Shown: in pieces, positions 1-10,183 of the stretch
Layout: each line of letters begins with the position of its first letter
How positions within the stretch are numbered: position 1 is the stretch's first letter
NCBI GenBank assembly: GCA_965203175.1
Contig: OZ241867.1
Coordinates: forward strand, 3,584,001-3,648,000
DNA length: 64,000 nucleotides
From: Candidatus Latescibacterota bacterium
GTDB taxonomy: Bacteria > Latescibacterota > UBA2968 > UBA8231
Reading direction: 5' to 3'
Notes under the pieces: model-generated
What the model saw: the letters and a program-made list of their open reading frames with translations, nothing else
Told to the model about the DNA's origin: nothing
Database searches by the model: none
Program-made: the position numbers and the translations under genes

Positions 1-1686
1 AGTGCCTGCGGGCAAATGGCCCCTAAGACGACGCCTGCGGTGCCGACGGTCCAGATCATCCAAGAACAGCTACCCGTAGTCGGCGACAACTTGCTCGCTC
101 TGCAGTTGTTTCGGCCAGGCACTGGTTCGCACTTGCTGATAGCTCTGATGGAGTGGGAAACCCCTTCGGGTGCGCAGCGCAAGGTGGAGCACCAATTACA
201 GGTGCCACAAGGGCGTCTCGTACGCTATTCACTACCGTATCGGTTGGAAGAGGCCGGCATGCACCGCGCGTCCCTGCGGCTGTACGATCCGGAGCGCGGC
301 ACGTCCATCCATGAGGTCGAAGAGTTGCGCCTGTTTACCCGACCCGCTTGGGAGCTTTCGGGTGATCGCTCGTATTACACCGTAGAAGATGAGATCCGCT
401 TCCGGCTACGGCGCAATCGCCGCAGTGAGATGGCCGTCCGCGTGGCGGTCGAGTTGCGGCGCGGAGTCGAAGTCTTAGATCGCGTGGATGTAAATGTAGT
501 TGGGCAGGATGTCTCAGGGGCCTTTGCTGCATACGATTTGCCTGAGGGACGTTATTGGCTGACGGCGCGGTGGCAAGATCCAGTCGGCGGGGCCGATTCG
601 CTGACCGTGGCCTGCGAGAAGTTCGCACCAGCCGCGCGAGAGGTGAAAATCGACCTGTTTAGCCAGTCTCTACTCGTCGATGGCGAGCCTTTCTTTCCCA
701 TTGGGCTGTACTGGCTGCGGGTCGAAGATCTCGGTCCGATGCGGCGTTTGCACTTCAATTCCGGGGATTACTACTACAAGCTGCGCGGGGAAGAGGTCGC
801 CGCACTAATGGACGCGGCAGCCGCGGAGGGAATGCAGATACTCCTAGAGCTGACCGAGTACGCCCGGGGGAAGCCCGAGCCGAATTATCGGGCCATTGCC
901 GCCTTAGTCAAACGCTATCGCCAGCATCCGGCGCTCTTGGCGTGGTATCTGGTTGACGAGCCGGACGAGACCAAAATGGCCCCTGCGGCTGCCTTGGCGA
1001 TATACGAGCTAATTCGGGAACTCGATCCATATCATCCAGTCTATTTAGTCAACAACCGGCCGCACACGTACGCCGCATACTCGGACGCCAGCGATATTCT
1101 GGCCATAGATGTCTATCCGATTCCGAATTATCCCATCACTCAGGTGGGCGACTACATGCAGCGGGCGCGCTGGACCTCGCTGGAGCGCAAGCCAGTCTGG
1201 TTTATCGCCCAGGCCTTTGGCGGCGTAGAGCACTGGGCGCGCTCGCCGACGGCGGCCGAGTTGCGGAACATGGTCTATCAAGGGCTGGTCGAAGGGGCCA
1301 AGGGGGTGTTGTTTTACCGCTATTGCCAAGAAAACGAACGCCACATCCAGCCCTTGGCCTTGTGGCGAGAAGTACAGCGCCTCGCGGCCGAGCTTGCCGA
1401 ATTAGGTCCAGTGCTTTTGCAGGAGGAGCACAGTTTGGCGGCACAACCGACCCATGCCGAGATTAAAGTGGCGGTTAAAGAATACAAACGCGATTTTTAC
1501 GTGTTTGCCGTCAATGTCGCTGAAGATCCGCGGCGGCTCGATTTGCGCCTAGAAGGCTTGCCGCCCATGGGGCGGGCCGAAGCGCTCCACGGGCAGGCGG
1601 TACCAACGCTGGTCAACGGGCGGCTGGCCGCGGAGTTAGATCCGTTGGCCGCGGCGGTTTTCCGCTTGCAGGCAGCGGGCATTTGA
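1..1686 (+). CDS. Probable lipoprotein with a C-terminal glycoside-hydrolase-like TIM barrel (5'-partial)
   Basis: The frame is open from base 1 (S-A-C-G-Q-M, lipobox-like Cys), so the gene probably starts before the window. Motifs LLVDGEPFFPIGLY, HPALLAWYLVDEP and DILAIDVYP are typical of clan-A GH-like domains. Confidence 0.65.
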   Translation, partial: SACGQMAPKTTPAVPTVQIIQEQLPVVGDNLLALQLFRPGTGSHLLIALMEWETPSGAQRKVEHQLQVPQGRLVRYSLPYRLEEAGMHRASLRLYDPERGTSIHEVEELRLFTRPAWELSGDRSYYTVEDEIRFRLRRNRRSEMAVRVAVELRRGVEVLDRVDVNVVGQDVSGAFAAYDLPEGRYWLTARWQDPVGGADSLTVACEKFAPAAREVKIDLFSQSLLVDGEPFFPIGLYWLRVEDLGPMRRLHFNSGDYYYKLRGEEVAALMDAAAAEGMQILLELTEYARGKPEPNYRAIAALVKRYRQHPALLAWYLVDEPDETKMAPAAALAIYELIRELDPYHPVYLVNNRPHTYAAYSDASDILAIDVYPIPNYPITQVGDYMQRARWTSLERKPVWFIAQAFGGVEHWARSPTAAELRNMVYQGLVEGAKGVLFYRYCQENERHIQPLALWREVQRLAAELAELGPVLLQEEHSLAAQPTHAEIKVAVKEYKRDFYVFAVNVAEDPRRLDLRLEGLPPMGRAEALHGQAVPTLVNGRLAAELDPLAAAVFRLQAAGI

Positions 1687-1730
1687 GCGGGTAATCCACT
1701 GGCTTTGAGCCAGTTAAAGGGGAGAAAACT

Positions 1731-2219
1731 ATGGCCAAAAAGGTGGCCCTCAACAAGCGAGATCGAGAAAGAATAAAGAAGAGGCTCTTGGTGCGCCGCG
1801 CTGAATTGCTCAGCGATCTGGACGGCACCGAGCACGAAATCGACGAGCTGCAAGACCCCAAGGCCGACGATCTCGACCGAGCGGTCGAGGCCGGGGCCAT
1901 GGAGCTTTTGGTGGCGCTGGGTGATACTGAGCGCCGCGAGTTGGAAGAGGTCATTCTGGCGCTCGAGAAGTTAGAAGGTACGACGTATGGCAAGTGCGAA
2001 GCCTGCCTTGAAAAGCCTTTAAACCTGTGCGCGACCTGTCCGTTTATTCCCAAGCCGCGCTTGGACGCCCTGCCCACGGCGCGGCTGTGCGTGTCCTGTC
2101 AGGAGGCCGAGGAGCAGAACCAGATTCCGTCCTATACCCGGCTGCGCCCACGGCGGATGTTTGGCGAGGACATGGAGGAATTTTCGCATCCCCTGATGGA
2201 TTCAGAAGACGACAAATAA
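1731..2219 (+). CDS. DksA/TraR C4 zinc-finger protein
   Basis: Coiled-coil tip DDLDRA (DxxDxA) and YGKCEAC...RLDALPTARLCVSC; SD GGGGAG upstream. Confidence 0.85.
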   Translation: MAKKVALNKRDRERIKKRLLVRRAELLSDLDGTEHEIDELQDPKADDLDRAVEAGAMELLVALGDTERRELEEVILALEKLEGTTYGKCEACLEKPLNLCATCPFIPKPRLDALPTARLCVSCQEAEEQNQIPSYTRLRPRRMFGEDMEEFSHPLMDSEDDK

Positions 2220-2251
2220 GCGCTTAATCCGCGCGTTATTCGAGCCGCGCT

Positions 2252-2294
2252 AAAGGGCGGCCCAAGCTGGTGTTGAGCAACTTGGGCCGCCTTT
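2252..2294. terminator. Bidirectional intrinsic terminator
   Basis: Stem GGCGGCCCAAG/CTTGGGCCGCC flanked by AAA and TTT, between convergent genes. Confidence 0.8.
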
Positions 2295-2317
2295 GTGTTG
2301 AGATTGGGATTGGGAGG

Positions 2318-3757
2318 CTAAGGAGCCAGTTCTTTGAGCTCAGCCATGGTGGCGAGCCGCACGTTTTTGAGCTGGCGTTGGTAGCCTATGACCGCGGCTA
2401 AAGCATTGATCCGGGCCTGCGTCAAATTGCCTTGGGCCTGGAGCAATTGCTGGCTGTCGGCCAAGCCGAGTTCAAAGCGGCTCTGCTCGACATCGTAAGT
2501 GCGCTGGGCAAATTCGAGGGCGGCTTGGCGCAGGTCGATCTGGCGCTCGGCCTCGTGGACGCGGCGCGTGGCGTCGCGAACTTGCTGGATGATTTGGCGT
2601 CGCTGCTGCTCGCGTCCGAGGCGACTTTGCTTCAAGGCGATGCGCGCTTGGCTGACGCTGGCTTTCCGTCGGCCGTTGTCGATCAGCGGCAGGGTTATCC
2701 GTAGGTCAACTCCCCACTGATTGCGCTCGAAATTATCGCTGACGTCGCCGATTTCGCTGCCGTGCCCCCGCATGCTGACATTGGCGCCGAAAGTCGCGTT
2801 GATGCCGTTGCGGCGGCGGGTGTCTTCTAGCTCCAACGCACGAATTTCCTCGAAAATCTCAGCTTGTTTCATGTCGGTGCGGCGCGCCAAGCCGATTTCG
2901 AGGGCGCGTTGGGCGTCAATGGGGTAAATCTCGTACTGGACCTCGGTGTCGATTTCGAGTGGTGCCGACATAGCGAGCCCGAGAGTTTCGCGGAGCAGGT
3001 CGCGGCGCGATTCGATGTTGGTTTGGGCTTGATCGTATGTGGCTTCGGCTTGTAGCATCTCCACCTGTAGGCGCAGGGCTTCTACTTCGGCGATGAGGCC
3101 GACCTCAAATTTTCGCTGGGCCAGTTCCAAATTGGCGCGCGACTGGGCTAAGCGCTGGTCCTCTATTTCGAGTTCGCGGACGCTTTGCACTAAACCGTAG
3201 TAATCGTCGATGACTTGGCCCTCTAGCTGGAGCCGCTGGCGGTCGAAGTTGAGGCGGGCACTTTGCAGGCTGTACTCAGCACCCTTGAGTTGGATTTCCT
3301 CGCTGGGCTGGCCGAGTAAATCTCGCTCGAAAAAAAGGCGCGTCGAACCCGAATAATCGAGGAAGTCGGCGCGGCGATTGGATGAGAAGTCGCGGCGCAG
3401 GGCTGTGGTGTTCAGCGTGAATTGGCCGAGGTGGCGCAGGCGCTGGGTCATGCTCAGGCTGCCCCTGTAAAAGACATCAGAACTCTCTTCACGGACTCGG
3501 GTTTCGAGGGCGATGTTTTCTTGGGTATCGCTCAGCCCAGTGAAGCTAGGGGAGGTGACGTCGGCGTTCATGCGAAAGGCAAAGGGTGCCCGTGCTATCG
3601 CTAGTTGAGCTTGGTTGTTGGCTAGGGTTTGTTGGTCCCTTTGATGTTGCAAGTTGTTTTGCATGGCCAAGTCGATGCACTCTTGCAGCGAGAGTACCGC
3701 GGCTGTGGAGCCGGTGGAGGCGATTAACAAACCGACTAGTGCCCATTGGTATTTCAT
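2318..3757 (-). CDS. TolC-family outer-membrane efflux protein
   Basis: Signal peptide MKYQWALVGLL (start ATG 3757); LSLQECIDLAMQNN; two OEP repeats (RKFEVGLIAEVE, RFELGLADSQQL). Confidence 0.9.
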   Translation of the reverse strand: MKYQWALVGLLIASTGSTAAVLSLQECIDLAMQNNLQHQRDQQTLANNQAQLAIARAPFAFRMNADVTSPSFTGLSDTQENIALETRVREESSDVFYRGSLSMTQRLRHLGQFTLNTTALRRDFSSNRRADFLDYSGSTRLFFERDLLGQPSEEIQLKGAEYSLQSARLNFDRQRLQLEGQVIDDYYGLVQSVRELEIEDQRLAQSRANLELAQRKFEVGLIAEVEALRLQVEMLQAEATYDQAQTNIESRRDLLRETLGLAMSAPLEIDTEVQYEIYPIDAQRALEIGLARRTDMKQAEIFEEIRALELEDTRRRNGINATFGANVSMRGHGSEIGDVSDNFERNQWGVDLRITLPLIDNGRRKASVSQARIALKQSRLGREQQRRQIIQQVRDATRRVHEAERQIDLRQAALEFAQRTYDVEQSRFELGLADSQQLLQAQGNLTQARINALAAVIGYQRQLKNVRLATMAELKELAP

Positions 3758-3932
3758 CACAGAGTCCCTTCTTATTGGATGGCGAGCGAGATGCAGCAGT
3801 TGCTTGTAATTATACGATACGCGTTTTACTATCGCCAACCGCACCGCGCCGCGGTTGTGGCAATTTTTCGCGGCGGGTTTTATGTTTAATTGCTTGAACT
3901 TACGCCTATCACAAATCTAAGGGAGTGATACC

Positions 3933-4685
3933 ATGACCGCCCTCACTGCACCGCAAGTACTAGCGTACGAAAAAACCGCCGCCGACCTCGCGGTCAAAAT
4001 CTTCGCCGATGGAGCCGACCGCGAGAGCATGCTGACGAGTTATGCCAACCCGCTAGTTTCCGGATTTACGACCAATCCCACCTTGATGCGCCAAGCGGGC
4101 GTCACCAACTACCGGGCCTTTGCCCACGACATTGTCGCGGCCATTCCCGACCGCCACATTTCTTTTGAGGTCTTTTCAGACGAGTTCGACGATATGGAGC
4201 GCCAAGCCCGCGAGATCGCCACTTGGGGTGAAAACGTGTACGCCAAAATCCCCGTTAGCAACACCAAAGGCGAGGTCAGCTACGACTTGGTCCATCGGCT
4301 GTCTCACGCCGGGGTCAAGGTCAACGTCACGGCGATCTTTTTGCTCGACCAAGTGCGAGAAGTGGCGGCCGCGGTCGAGGGCGGGGCACCGTGCTGCGTG
4401 TCGGTCTTTGCCGGCCGCATCGCCGACGCCGGGCTAGACTACATGCCGGTCATGGCCGAGTCGGTCGAGCTGCTCGCGTCCAATCCCCAAGCCGAACTCA
4501 TCTGGGCCAGCCCCCGCGAAGTGTACAATGTCGTCCAAGCCGACAGCATCGGCTGCCACATCATCACCTGCACCAGCGACATCATCAAGAAGCTGCCGAC
4601 CTTGGGCAAGGAAATGGGGCAGTTCTCGCTGGAGACCGTCCAGATCTTTTACGCGGATGCCACTGCCGCCGGCTACAGCCTGTAA
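3933..4685 (+). CDS. tal: Transaldolase (short FSA/TalC-like type)
   Basis: IFADGAD, GFTTNPTLM, YAKIP (Schiff-base Lys), VNVTAIF, SVFAGRI. Confidence 0.9.
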   Translation: MTALTAPQVLAYEKTAADLAVKIFADGADRESMLTSYANPLVSGFTTNPTLMRQAGVTNYRAFAHDIVAAIPDRHISFEVFSDEFDDMERQAREIATWGENVYAKIPVSNTKGEVSYDLVHRLSHAGVKVNVTAIFLLDQVREVAAAVEGGAPCCVSVFAGRIADAGLDYMPVMAESVELLASNPQAELIWASPREVYNVVQADSIGCHIITCTSDIIKKLPTLGKEMGQFSLETVQIFYADATAAGYSL

Positions 4686-4694
4686 GCGCGGCGG

Positions 4695-5279
4695 ATGAGT
4701 TATACCCAACAGTACTTGGCCGCGGCGGCTCAAGTCATCGAGCAGCTAGATCGCAATGCGATTGAAGCGATAGTCCAGCTCGTCGTCGAGACCCGTCGGC
4801 GTGACGGGCGGCTCTTTGTCCTTGGCGTGGGAGGCAGCGCGGGCAATGCGAGCCACGCGGTCAACGACTTTCGCAAGATCGCTGGTATTGAGTCCTACGC
4901 ACCTACGGACAACGTCTCGGAACTGACGGCGCGCATCAACGACGAGGGCTGGGATACGGCCTTTGCCAAGTGGCTGGAGGGTAGCCGTTTAAACGAAAAG
5001 GATCTGATCTTGATCTTGTCCGTCGGCGGTGGCAATCGCCCGCTGAATACAAGTGTCAACTTGGTTGTAGCACTGGAGTACGCCAAAGAGGTCGGAGCCA
5101 AAATCTGCGGCATCGTGGGGCGGGATGGCGGCTTTACAGCCCAAGTCGCCGATGCCTGCGCGATTGTGCCGACGGTCGCGCCGAATGCAGTCACGCCACT
5201 GACGGAATCCTTCCAAGCCGTTATATGGCACTTAATTGTCTCGCACCCCGAAGTACAAGTAGAGCGCACTAGGTGGTAA
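4695..5279 (+). CDS. gmhA: Phosphoheptose isomerase-like SIS-domain protein
   Basis: GVGGSAGNASH, LTARINDEG, GRDGG, TESFQAVIWH. Confidence 0.8.
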   Translation: MSYTQQYLAAAAQVIEQLDRNAIEAIVQLVVETRRRDGRLFVLGVGGSAGNASHAVNDFRKIAGIESYAPTDNVSELTARINDEGWDTAFAKWLEGSRLNEKDLILILSVGGGNRPLNTSVNLVVALEYAKEVGAKICGIVGRDGGFTAQVADACAIVPTVAPNAVTPLTESFQAVIWHLIVSHPEVQVERTRW

Positions 5280-5313
5280 ATCCGCTCGCGCCATTCACAA
5301 CGAAAGGTTGAAC

Positions 5314-6366
5314 ATGTCTGCGGTCCCCCGAGACCTGCGCCAGTTTTTGCACCGCTACATTCCAGACCTAGAAGAGGAGATGTTTTCGTTCCTCGTGATG
5401 CGCGAACCCGAGGACTTTCTATATCGGCTGATGCGCGACTACCCGGAGCGCGGCGGCAAGCGATTCCGTCCGGTGTTGGTGCTCTTGGCATGCCAAGCTT
5501 GCGGCGGCGACGTGAAAAAAGCCATGCGGACTGCGGTGGCCTTTGAGATGTTCCAGTCGTTTGCCGTGGTCCACGACGATATTGAAGACGATTCAGAGAT
5601 GCGGCGCGGCAAGCCCTGCTTGCACAAGCTGCACGGAGTCCCATTGACCATTAACGTCGGCGATGCCCTGTACGCCAAGGTCTTTGAGATCCTCAACGCG
5701 AACCGCGAGGTGTTGGGGGCGGATGTCGCGCTCGATTTGATCGACGAGATGATCCGCGGCTCGTGCGAGACGTTTGAGGGGCAGGCATACGACGTGGGCT
5801 GGATTCGCCAGCGCTATATTCCCAGCGAGGTCGAGTTTATGACCATGTTGCGCAAAAAGACTGGGTGGTACACGGGCCGGGGACCGTGTACGGCCGGGGC
5901 GATTATCGCGGGGGCCGATATGGAGTTGCGAACTTGTATCGGCGACTTCGGCGAGTCCATGGCCATTGCGTTCCAGCTTCGCGACGACCTACTGAACTTG
6001 AGCTCTTCCGAACAAGACGCTGGCTCTGCGCCCGGGGTTACTTCCGGGGCCTACGGCAAGGAGCGGGGTGGGGATATTGCGGAAGGGAAGCGAACCTTAA
6101 TTATCATCGACCTATTGGGCAAATGCACGGCTGAGGAACACGAGGAAGTGCTGGCGATCTTGCACCAGGAGCGGTGCCGCAACACGGCCGCTGAGATCGA
6201 GCGAGTCATCGCCTTGGTGGAACACTACGAATGCGACCGCTACGTCGAGCGCGTGTGCCAGCAGAAGGTCGAAGAGAGCTTGACGCACCTAGAAAAACTC
6301 CCGGCCAATCCTTCGCGCGATATGCTGGGAGAAATGCTGGACTTTCTGGTCCAGCGCGCCTTTTAG
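5314..6366 (+). CDS. Polyprenyl diphosphate synthase (short-chain, GGPPS-like)
   Basis: GGKRFRP, FARM HDDIEDDSEMRRG, GQAYD, KKT, SARM FQLRDD, DIAEGKRT. Confidence 0.9.
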   Translation: MSAVPRDLRQFLHRYIPDLEEEMFSFLVMREPEDFLYRLMRDYPERGGKRFRPVLVLLACQACGGDVKKAMRTAVAFEMFQSFAVVHDDIEDDSEMRRGKPCLHKLHGVPLTINVGDALYAKVFEILNANREVLGADVALDLIDEMIRGSCETFEGQAYDVGWIRQRYIPSEVEFMTMLRKKTGWYTGRGPCTAGAIIAGADMELRTCIGDFGESMAIAFQLRDDLLNLSSSEQDAGSAPGVTSGAYGKERGGDIAEGKRTLIIIDLLGKCTAEEHEEVLAILHQERCRNTAAEIERVIALVEHYECDRYVERVCQQKVEESLTHLEKLPANPSRDMLGEMLDFLVQRAF

Positions 6367-7418
6367 TCCACTACTGGATTTTCCAAATAAGCCAAAAGCA
6401 ACCGCGCTGTGTTGACGATGCCGTCCCACGCGCAGATTTCGTACCCGTGCGTGTTGTCGCCTGGGTAGCCAATCAGCGCCGCGCGCGCAATAGCGCCGGA
6501 CGTTTTGGCAATTGACGAGTCGCTGGAATACGAAGTGAGAACGGCCGTTTGGATGCCGAACCCGCAGGCGGAGGATAGGGCGTCAAAGCGCTCGATGATG
6601 CGCGCGTCGTACAGGCCGCGACTGTCCCGGACGCCGATGATGGGATAGCCGCTGTTGGCCGTGCCGTATTCGGCTGCCACGGGCGCGATGTCAACGGCAA
6701 CGGCTGTGTCAACCGGCAGCCGCCCGAGCGCGTAGATCGCGCCGTGACCACCGATTTCCTCGCTGGAACTGGCCACGAGATATACGTCTTGGGCCGGTCG
6801 ATTCTCCCGCAAGTGCAGGCCCACTTCGAGCATGGCCGCCAAGCCGGCGCGACAATCGAGATTGTAGCCACAGACGCAATCGCCCAAACGCCAGAGCGTC
6901 TTGTGTTTGCTGGCGATGACAACTCGAGTACCGGCGCGGATCCCGCGCTGGGCTAGCTCTTCGGCTGCGAGCCTCGTTTCAATCCACATCTGTTCCCACT
7001 TGAGGGGTTGGCCGTCTTTGAGCCGCCCCGCCGGGCTCTCTGTGGAGACGTGTTTGGCGCCGGTGGAAAGCACGCCTGGACAGAGGCCGTCCCGCGTCAT
7101 GATTTCCACTGGACTTTCACCTAGTGCCCAGGGGTGCAAACCGCCCAAGGGCTGTACCCTGATTTTGCCGTCGGATTCAACGCGCTTGACGACGAGGGCG
7201 ATCTCGTCCTTGTGGGCGACGGCTGCTACGGGCTGATCTTGGCTTTGGCCCTTGATGTGTATGATGATGTTGTCGGCCGCATCTTGCCAGACGGCGTCGC
7301 CGATAGGGGCAGCGAGCTCGTTGACGAGGGCGTCCATAGCGGATTCCGCGCCCGAGGGTGCGTGCGCGGCGAGCAGTTGCTCGACAAGGCCGTAGAGGCG
7401 TTGGGCATCAATAGTCAT
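6363..7418 (-). CDS. M42-family (TET-like) metallopeptidase
   Basis: APSGAE, AHKDEI, LDCRAG, SEEIG, NTHGYE metal-binding motifs. Confidence 0.85.
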   Translation of the reverse strand: MTIDAQRLYGLVEQLLAAHAPSGAESAMDALVNELAAPIGDAVWQDAADNIIIHIKGQSQDQPVAAVAHKDEIALVVKRVESDGKIRVQPLGGLHPWALGESPVEIMTRDGLCPGVLSTGAKHVSTESPAGRLKDGQPLKWEQMWIETRLAAEELAQRGIRAGTRVVIASKHKTLWRLGDCVCGYNLDCRAGLAAMLEVGLHLRENRPAQDVYLVASSSEEIGGHGAIYALGRLPVDTAVAVDIAPVAAEYGTANSGYPIIGVRDSRGLYDARIIERFDALSSACGFGIQTAVLTSYSSDSSIAKTSGAIARAALIGYPGDNTHGYEICAWDGIVNTARLLLAYLENPVVD

Positions 7419-7506
7419 GGCGTGCTCCTAATTGCAGGTGAGCGAAAATAATTAGGAGCACGCCGCTGGGCAATGACAACGCCTCTACGGGAAGCTGGCA
7501 AAGGGG

Positions 7507-8115
7507 TTAGGCTGGCGTGGCGAGCGATCCAATCACTTCTTCAGCTAGCCCACGCAAGGTCTTTTGCAGCCGGAGGCGGCCCCGGTTGACGCGCGATTTG
7601 ACCGTGCCGACGGGACAGTTGATGATCTTGGCGATTTCCTCGTACGAGAGCCCGTTCATATCGCGGAGGAGCACGGCGGCGCGAAATTCTGTGGGCAGAT
7701 CCTCAATGGCATGGACGACGAGGGACTTGACGCGGTTGCCGTCGGCCTGTTCGCCGGGGAGGGGATCCTTGGCGGCTGGCTCGTAAAAGACGGTGGTCTG
7801 TTCGTCGTCACTGGGGCTGATGGGAATCCAATGCCAGCGCTTGCGGCGGCGCAATTCGGTCTTGGCCAGGTTGCCGGCAATGGTGTAGAGCCAAGTGGAA
7901 ACCTGTTCGATGGCTGGGTACTGGTGGCTGTGGCGCAGGCAGCGGAGAAAGGTCTCTTGGACTATATCCTCGGCCGTTTCCCTGTCGCCGACAAAGCGAT
8001 AGACAAAGTTGTACAAGGGGGTGCGGTAGCGTTTGACCAGCACACTGAGATGGCCTTGGTCTTCAGCGGCCCGCAGCAAAATTTCCCTATCCGTGAGTTC
8101 ATTTGTCGCTACCAT
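7507..8115 (-). CDS. ECF RNA polymerase sigma-70 factor
   Basis: AEDIVQETF, STWLYTIAGN, LSYEEIA...GTVKSRVNRGR; start ATG 8115 after SD AAGGAG. Confidence 0.9.
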   Translation of the reverse strand: MVATNELTDREILLRAAEDQGHLSVLVKRYRTPLYNFVYRFVGDRETAEDIVQETFLRCLRHSHQYPAIEQVSTWLYTIAGNLAKTELRRRKRWHWIPISPSDDEQTTVFYEPAAKDPLPGEQADGNRVKSLVVHAIEDLPTEFRAAVLLRDMNGLSYEEIAKIINCPVGTVKSRVNRGRLRLQKTLRGLAEEVIGSLATPA

Positions 8116-8403
8116 GGTTACCGCTCCTTTCTCGTGCTGTGAGTCGCTCGCTGAGGGCAAGGCGACGCAATTTAAGCGATTATCGTTGTGGCTAGTAATA
8201 GCAAAAATCGTGCCATCCTTCACTAAGGGAAAAAAGCGCGCCTTATCGCCCGTTTTTAGGGATAATTGGCGACAAAAAGCCGAATGTAGCACTCAGATAT
8301 TTGAGTATCCTCAGATTTCTGAGGTGCATCTTTTGACAGGTATAGGGGCAAACGGTAGATTTCGCACCGGTAAATTCGCCCGCGTAATTGCTGAAAATGG
8401 AGT

Positions 8404-9027
8404 GTGCTCGTGCAGGAGTTGGCCACGCGCTTGGAGGCATTGTGCCAAGCCAAGGGAGTAGAGAAATTCTCGGCTGAAGAGATAGTCGAGCTGTTATCAG
8501 ACGGTGAAGAGGTAGATTGGATCGTCGATCAAGTGCTGCCGACGGCGGATGAGGTCGATCGCAGCGAAATGGGCCAAGTACTGGCCGAAATCGCCGCTGC
8601 GGTGGCTCCTGGTCCCGACGCGGATACAGACGACGAAGAACCTGCCTCGGTGGAGGAGTTGGACTTGGCCCAACTCCAGCAAGCCCTACCGCCCGGAGTT
8701 GACGTGCAGCAAGTCGAGGAAATGCTGCGCTCGCCCCAGGGAGCCTTGCTGGCCGATTTTAGCGCTTTTTGCCAAGAGCGCGGGTTTGATGGCGAGTTGG
8801 GTGAAGCGGAGATGAGCGAGGCCATGCGGGAATTGCACGAGGAGTGGTTGCAGACGCCACGTCCCGCGCTAGAAGGCGAAAAACCGGCCGCGGTGCTGGA
8901 CGGAGGTAGGCTCTTTCCCGGTAAGGTAGAGACCTTTCGCCGCGAAACCCCCAAGGTCGGCCGCAACGACCCGTGTCCTTGCGGCAGCGGCAAGAAGTTC
9001 AAAAGATGCTGCGGCAAGGCCGCTTAA
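8404..9027 (+). CDS. Acidic protein with C-terminal SEC-C zinc motif
   Basis: [21 protein letters not shown] at the C-terminus. Confidence 0.85.
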   Translation: MLVQELATRLEALCQAKGVEKFSAEEIVELLSDGEEVDWIVDQVLPTADEVDRSEMGQVLAEIAAAVAPGPDADTDDEEPASVEELDLAQLQQALPPGVDVQQVEEMLRSPQGALLADFSAFCQERGFDGELGEAEMSEAMRELHEEWLQTPRPALEGEKPAAVLDGGRLFPGKVETFRRETPKVGRNDPCPCGSGKKFKRCCGKAA

Positions 9028-9028
9028 G

Positions 9029-9571
9029 ATGGCCCAGATCTGCCCCTCTACGGCCATTGAAGGAGTCTACATTACCGAGCTACAGTCGCACGGCGACGAG
9101 CGGGGCCGCTTTACCGAGGTGTATCGCAAGGAGTGGTTTCCCCAGCGCGGCTGGGATGCTTTGCAGTGGAGCCGCTCGGAGTCGCAACAGGGGGTGCTGC
9201 GCGGCTTGCACTATCACCACCGCCAAGTTGACTACTGGCACTGCGGGATGGGTGCGCTGCGCGTCGGCCTGTTCGACCTGCGCTGCAGTTCGCCGACGCG
9301 CGGTCAGGGGCAGGTCATCGAATTAGACCAAGAGGTATTGCGGGGCGTCTTTATTCCGGCGGGGGTTGCGCATGGCTTTTACGCAGTCACCGACGCGATG
9401 CTTTTCTACTTGGTCGATTTCTATTACGACGGCACGGACGAATGGGGCGTGGCTTGGGACGATCCCGATGTGGGGTTGGACTGGGGGATTGAGGGGGGGC
9501 CGATTCTCTCGCCGCGCGACCAAAATAATCCGCGACTGCGGGATATTTCCGCCGAGGATTTGCCCAATTAG
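9029..9571 (+). CDS. rfbC: dTDP-4-dehydrorhamnose 3,5-epimerase family
   Basis: DERGRF, GVLRGLHYH, IPAGVAHGF, WDDPDVGLDW, LSPRD. Confidence 0.85.
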   Translation: MAQICPSTAIEGVYITELQSHGDERGRFTEVYRKEWFPQRGWDALQWSRSESQQGVLRGLHYHHRQVDYWHCGMGALRVGLFDLRCSSPTRGQGQVIELDQEVLRGVFIPAGVAHGFYAVTDAMLFYLVDFYYDGTDEWGVAWDDPDVGLDWGIEGGPILSPRDQNNPRLRDISAEDLPN

Positions 9572-9597
9572 AACTTATCTCAAAACTAAATTATGCT

Positions 9598-10113
9598 ATG
9601 ACCCGACTTGAACTTGCTCACCGCATCTATCAGACCGCTCACCTGCGCGGCCAATTTACTTTGCGCTCAGGCGCGACAGCCACAGAGTATTTCGACAAAT
9701 ATCAGTTTGAGACCCATCCCGAACTCCTCCGCGTACTCGCCACCCACCTCCAGCCCTTAATTCCCGACGACACAGACATTCTCGCAGGTCTCGAACTCGG
9801 TGGGGTGCCCATCGCCACCATGCTTGCTCAGCTTTCGGGATTGCCCACCTGCTTCGTGCGCAAACAGGCCAAAGAATATGGCACCTGCAAACTCGCCGAA
9901 GGCCCCGACATTGCTGGCAAAAATCTGCTGATTGTTGAAGATGTCGTCACGTCCGGTGGACAAATTGCTCTTTCCGCCCAAGATCTGCGCAACCTTGGCG
10001 CAGAGGTTTCACAGGCCATCTGCGTGATCGACCGCGAATCCGGTGGCACCGAGAGCCTAGCCCGAGAAGGCATTGAACTCCACGCTCTGTTTCGGATGAG
10101 CGAACTGAAATAA
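9598..10113 (+). CDS. pyrE: Orotate phosphoribosyltransferase
   Basis: FTLRSG, YFDKY, VRKQAKEYGT, PRPP motif IVEDVVTSG. Confidence 0.9.
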   Translation: MTRLELAHRIYQTAHLRGQFTLRSGATATEYFDKYQFETHPELLRVLATHLQPLIPDDTDILAGLELGGVPIATMLAQLSGLPTCFVRKQAKEYGTCKLAEGPDIAGKNLLIVEDVVTSGGQIALSAQDLRNLGAEVSQAICVIDRESGGTESLAREGIELHALFRMSELK

Positions 10114-10126
10114 CACCGTTCATGGC

Positions 10127-10164
10127 ACAAAAAAGGGGGCCTCGGCCGAGGCCCCCTTTTTTGT
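10127..10164. terminator. Bidirectional terminator, perfect 38-bp palindrome
   Basis: ACAAAAAAGGGGGCCTCGG/CCGAGGCCCCCTTTTTTGT between convergent pyrE and smc. Confidence 0.9.
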
Positions 10165-10183
10165 CGGTACGCTTCCGCTCTGA

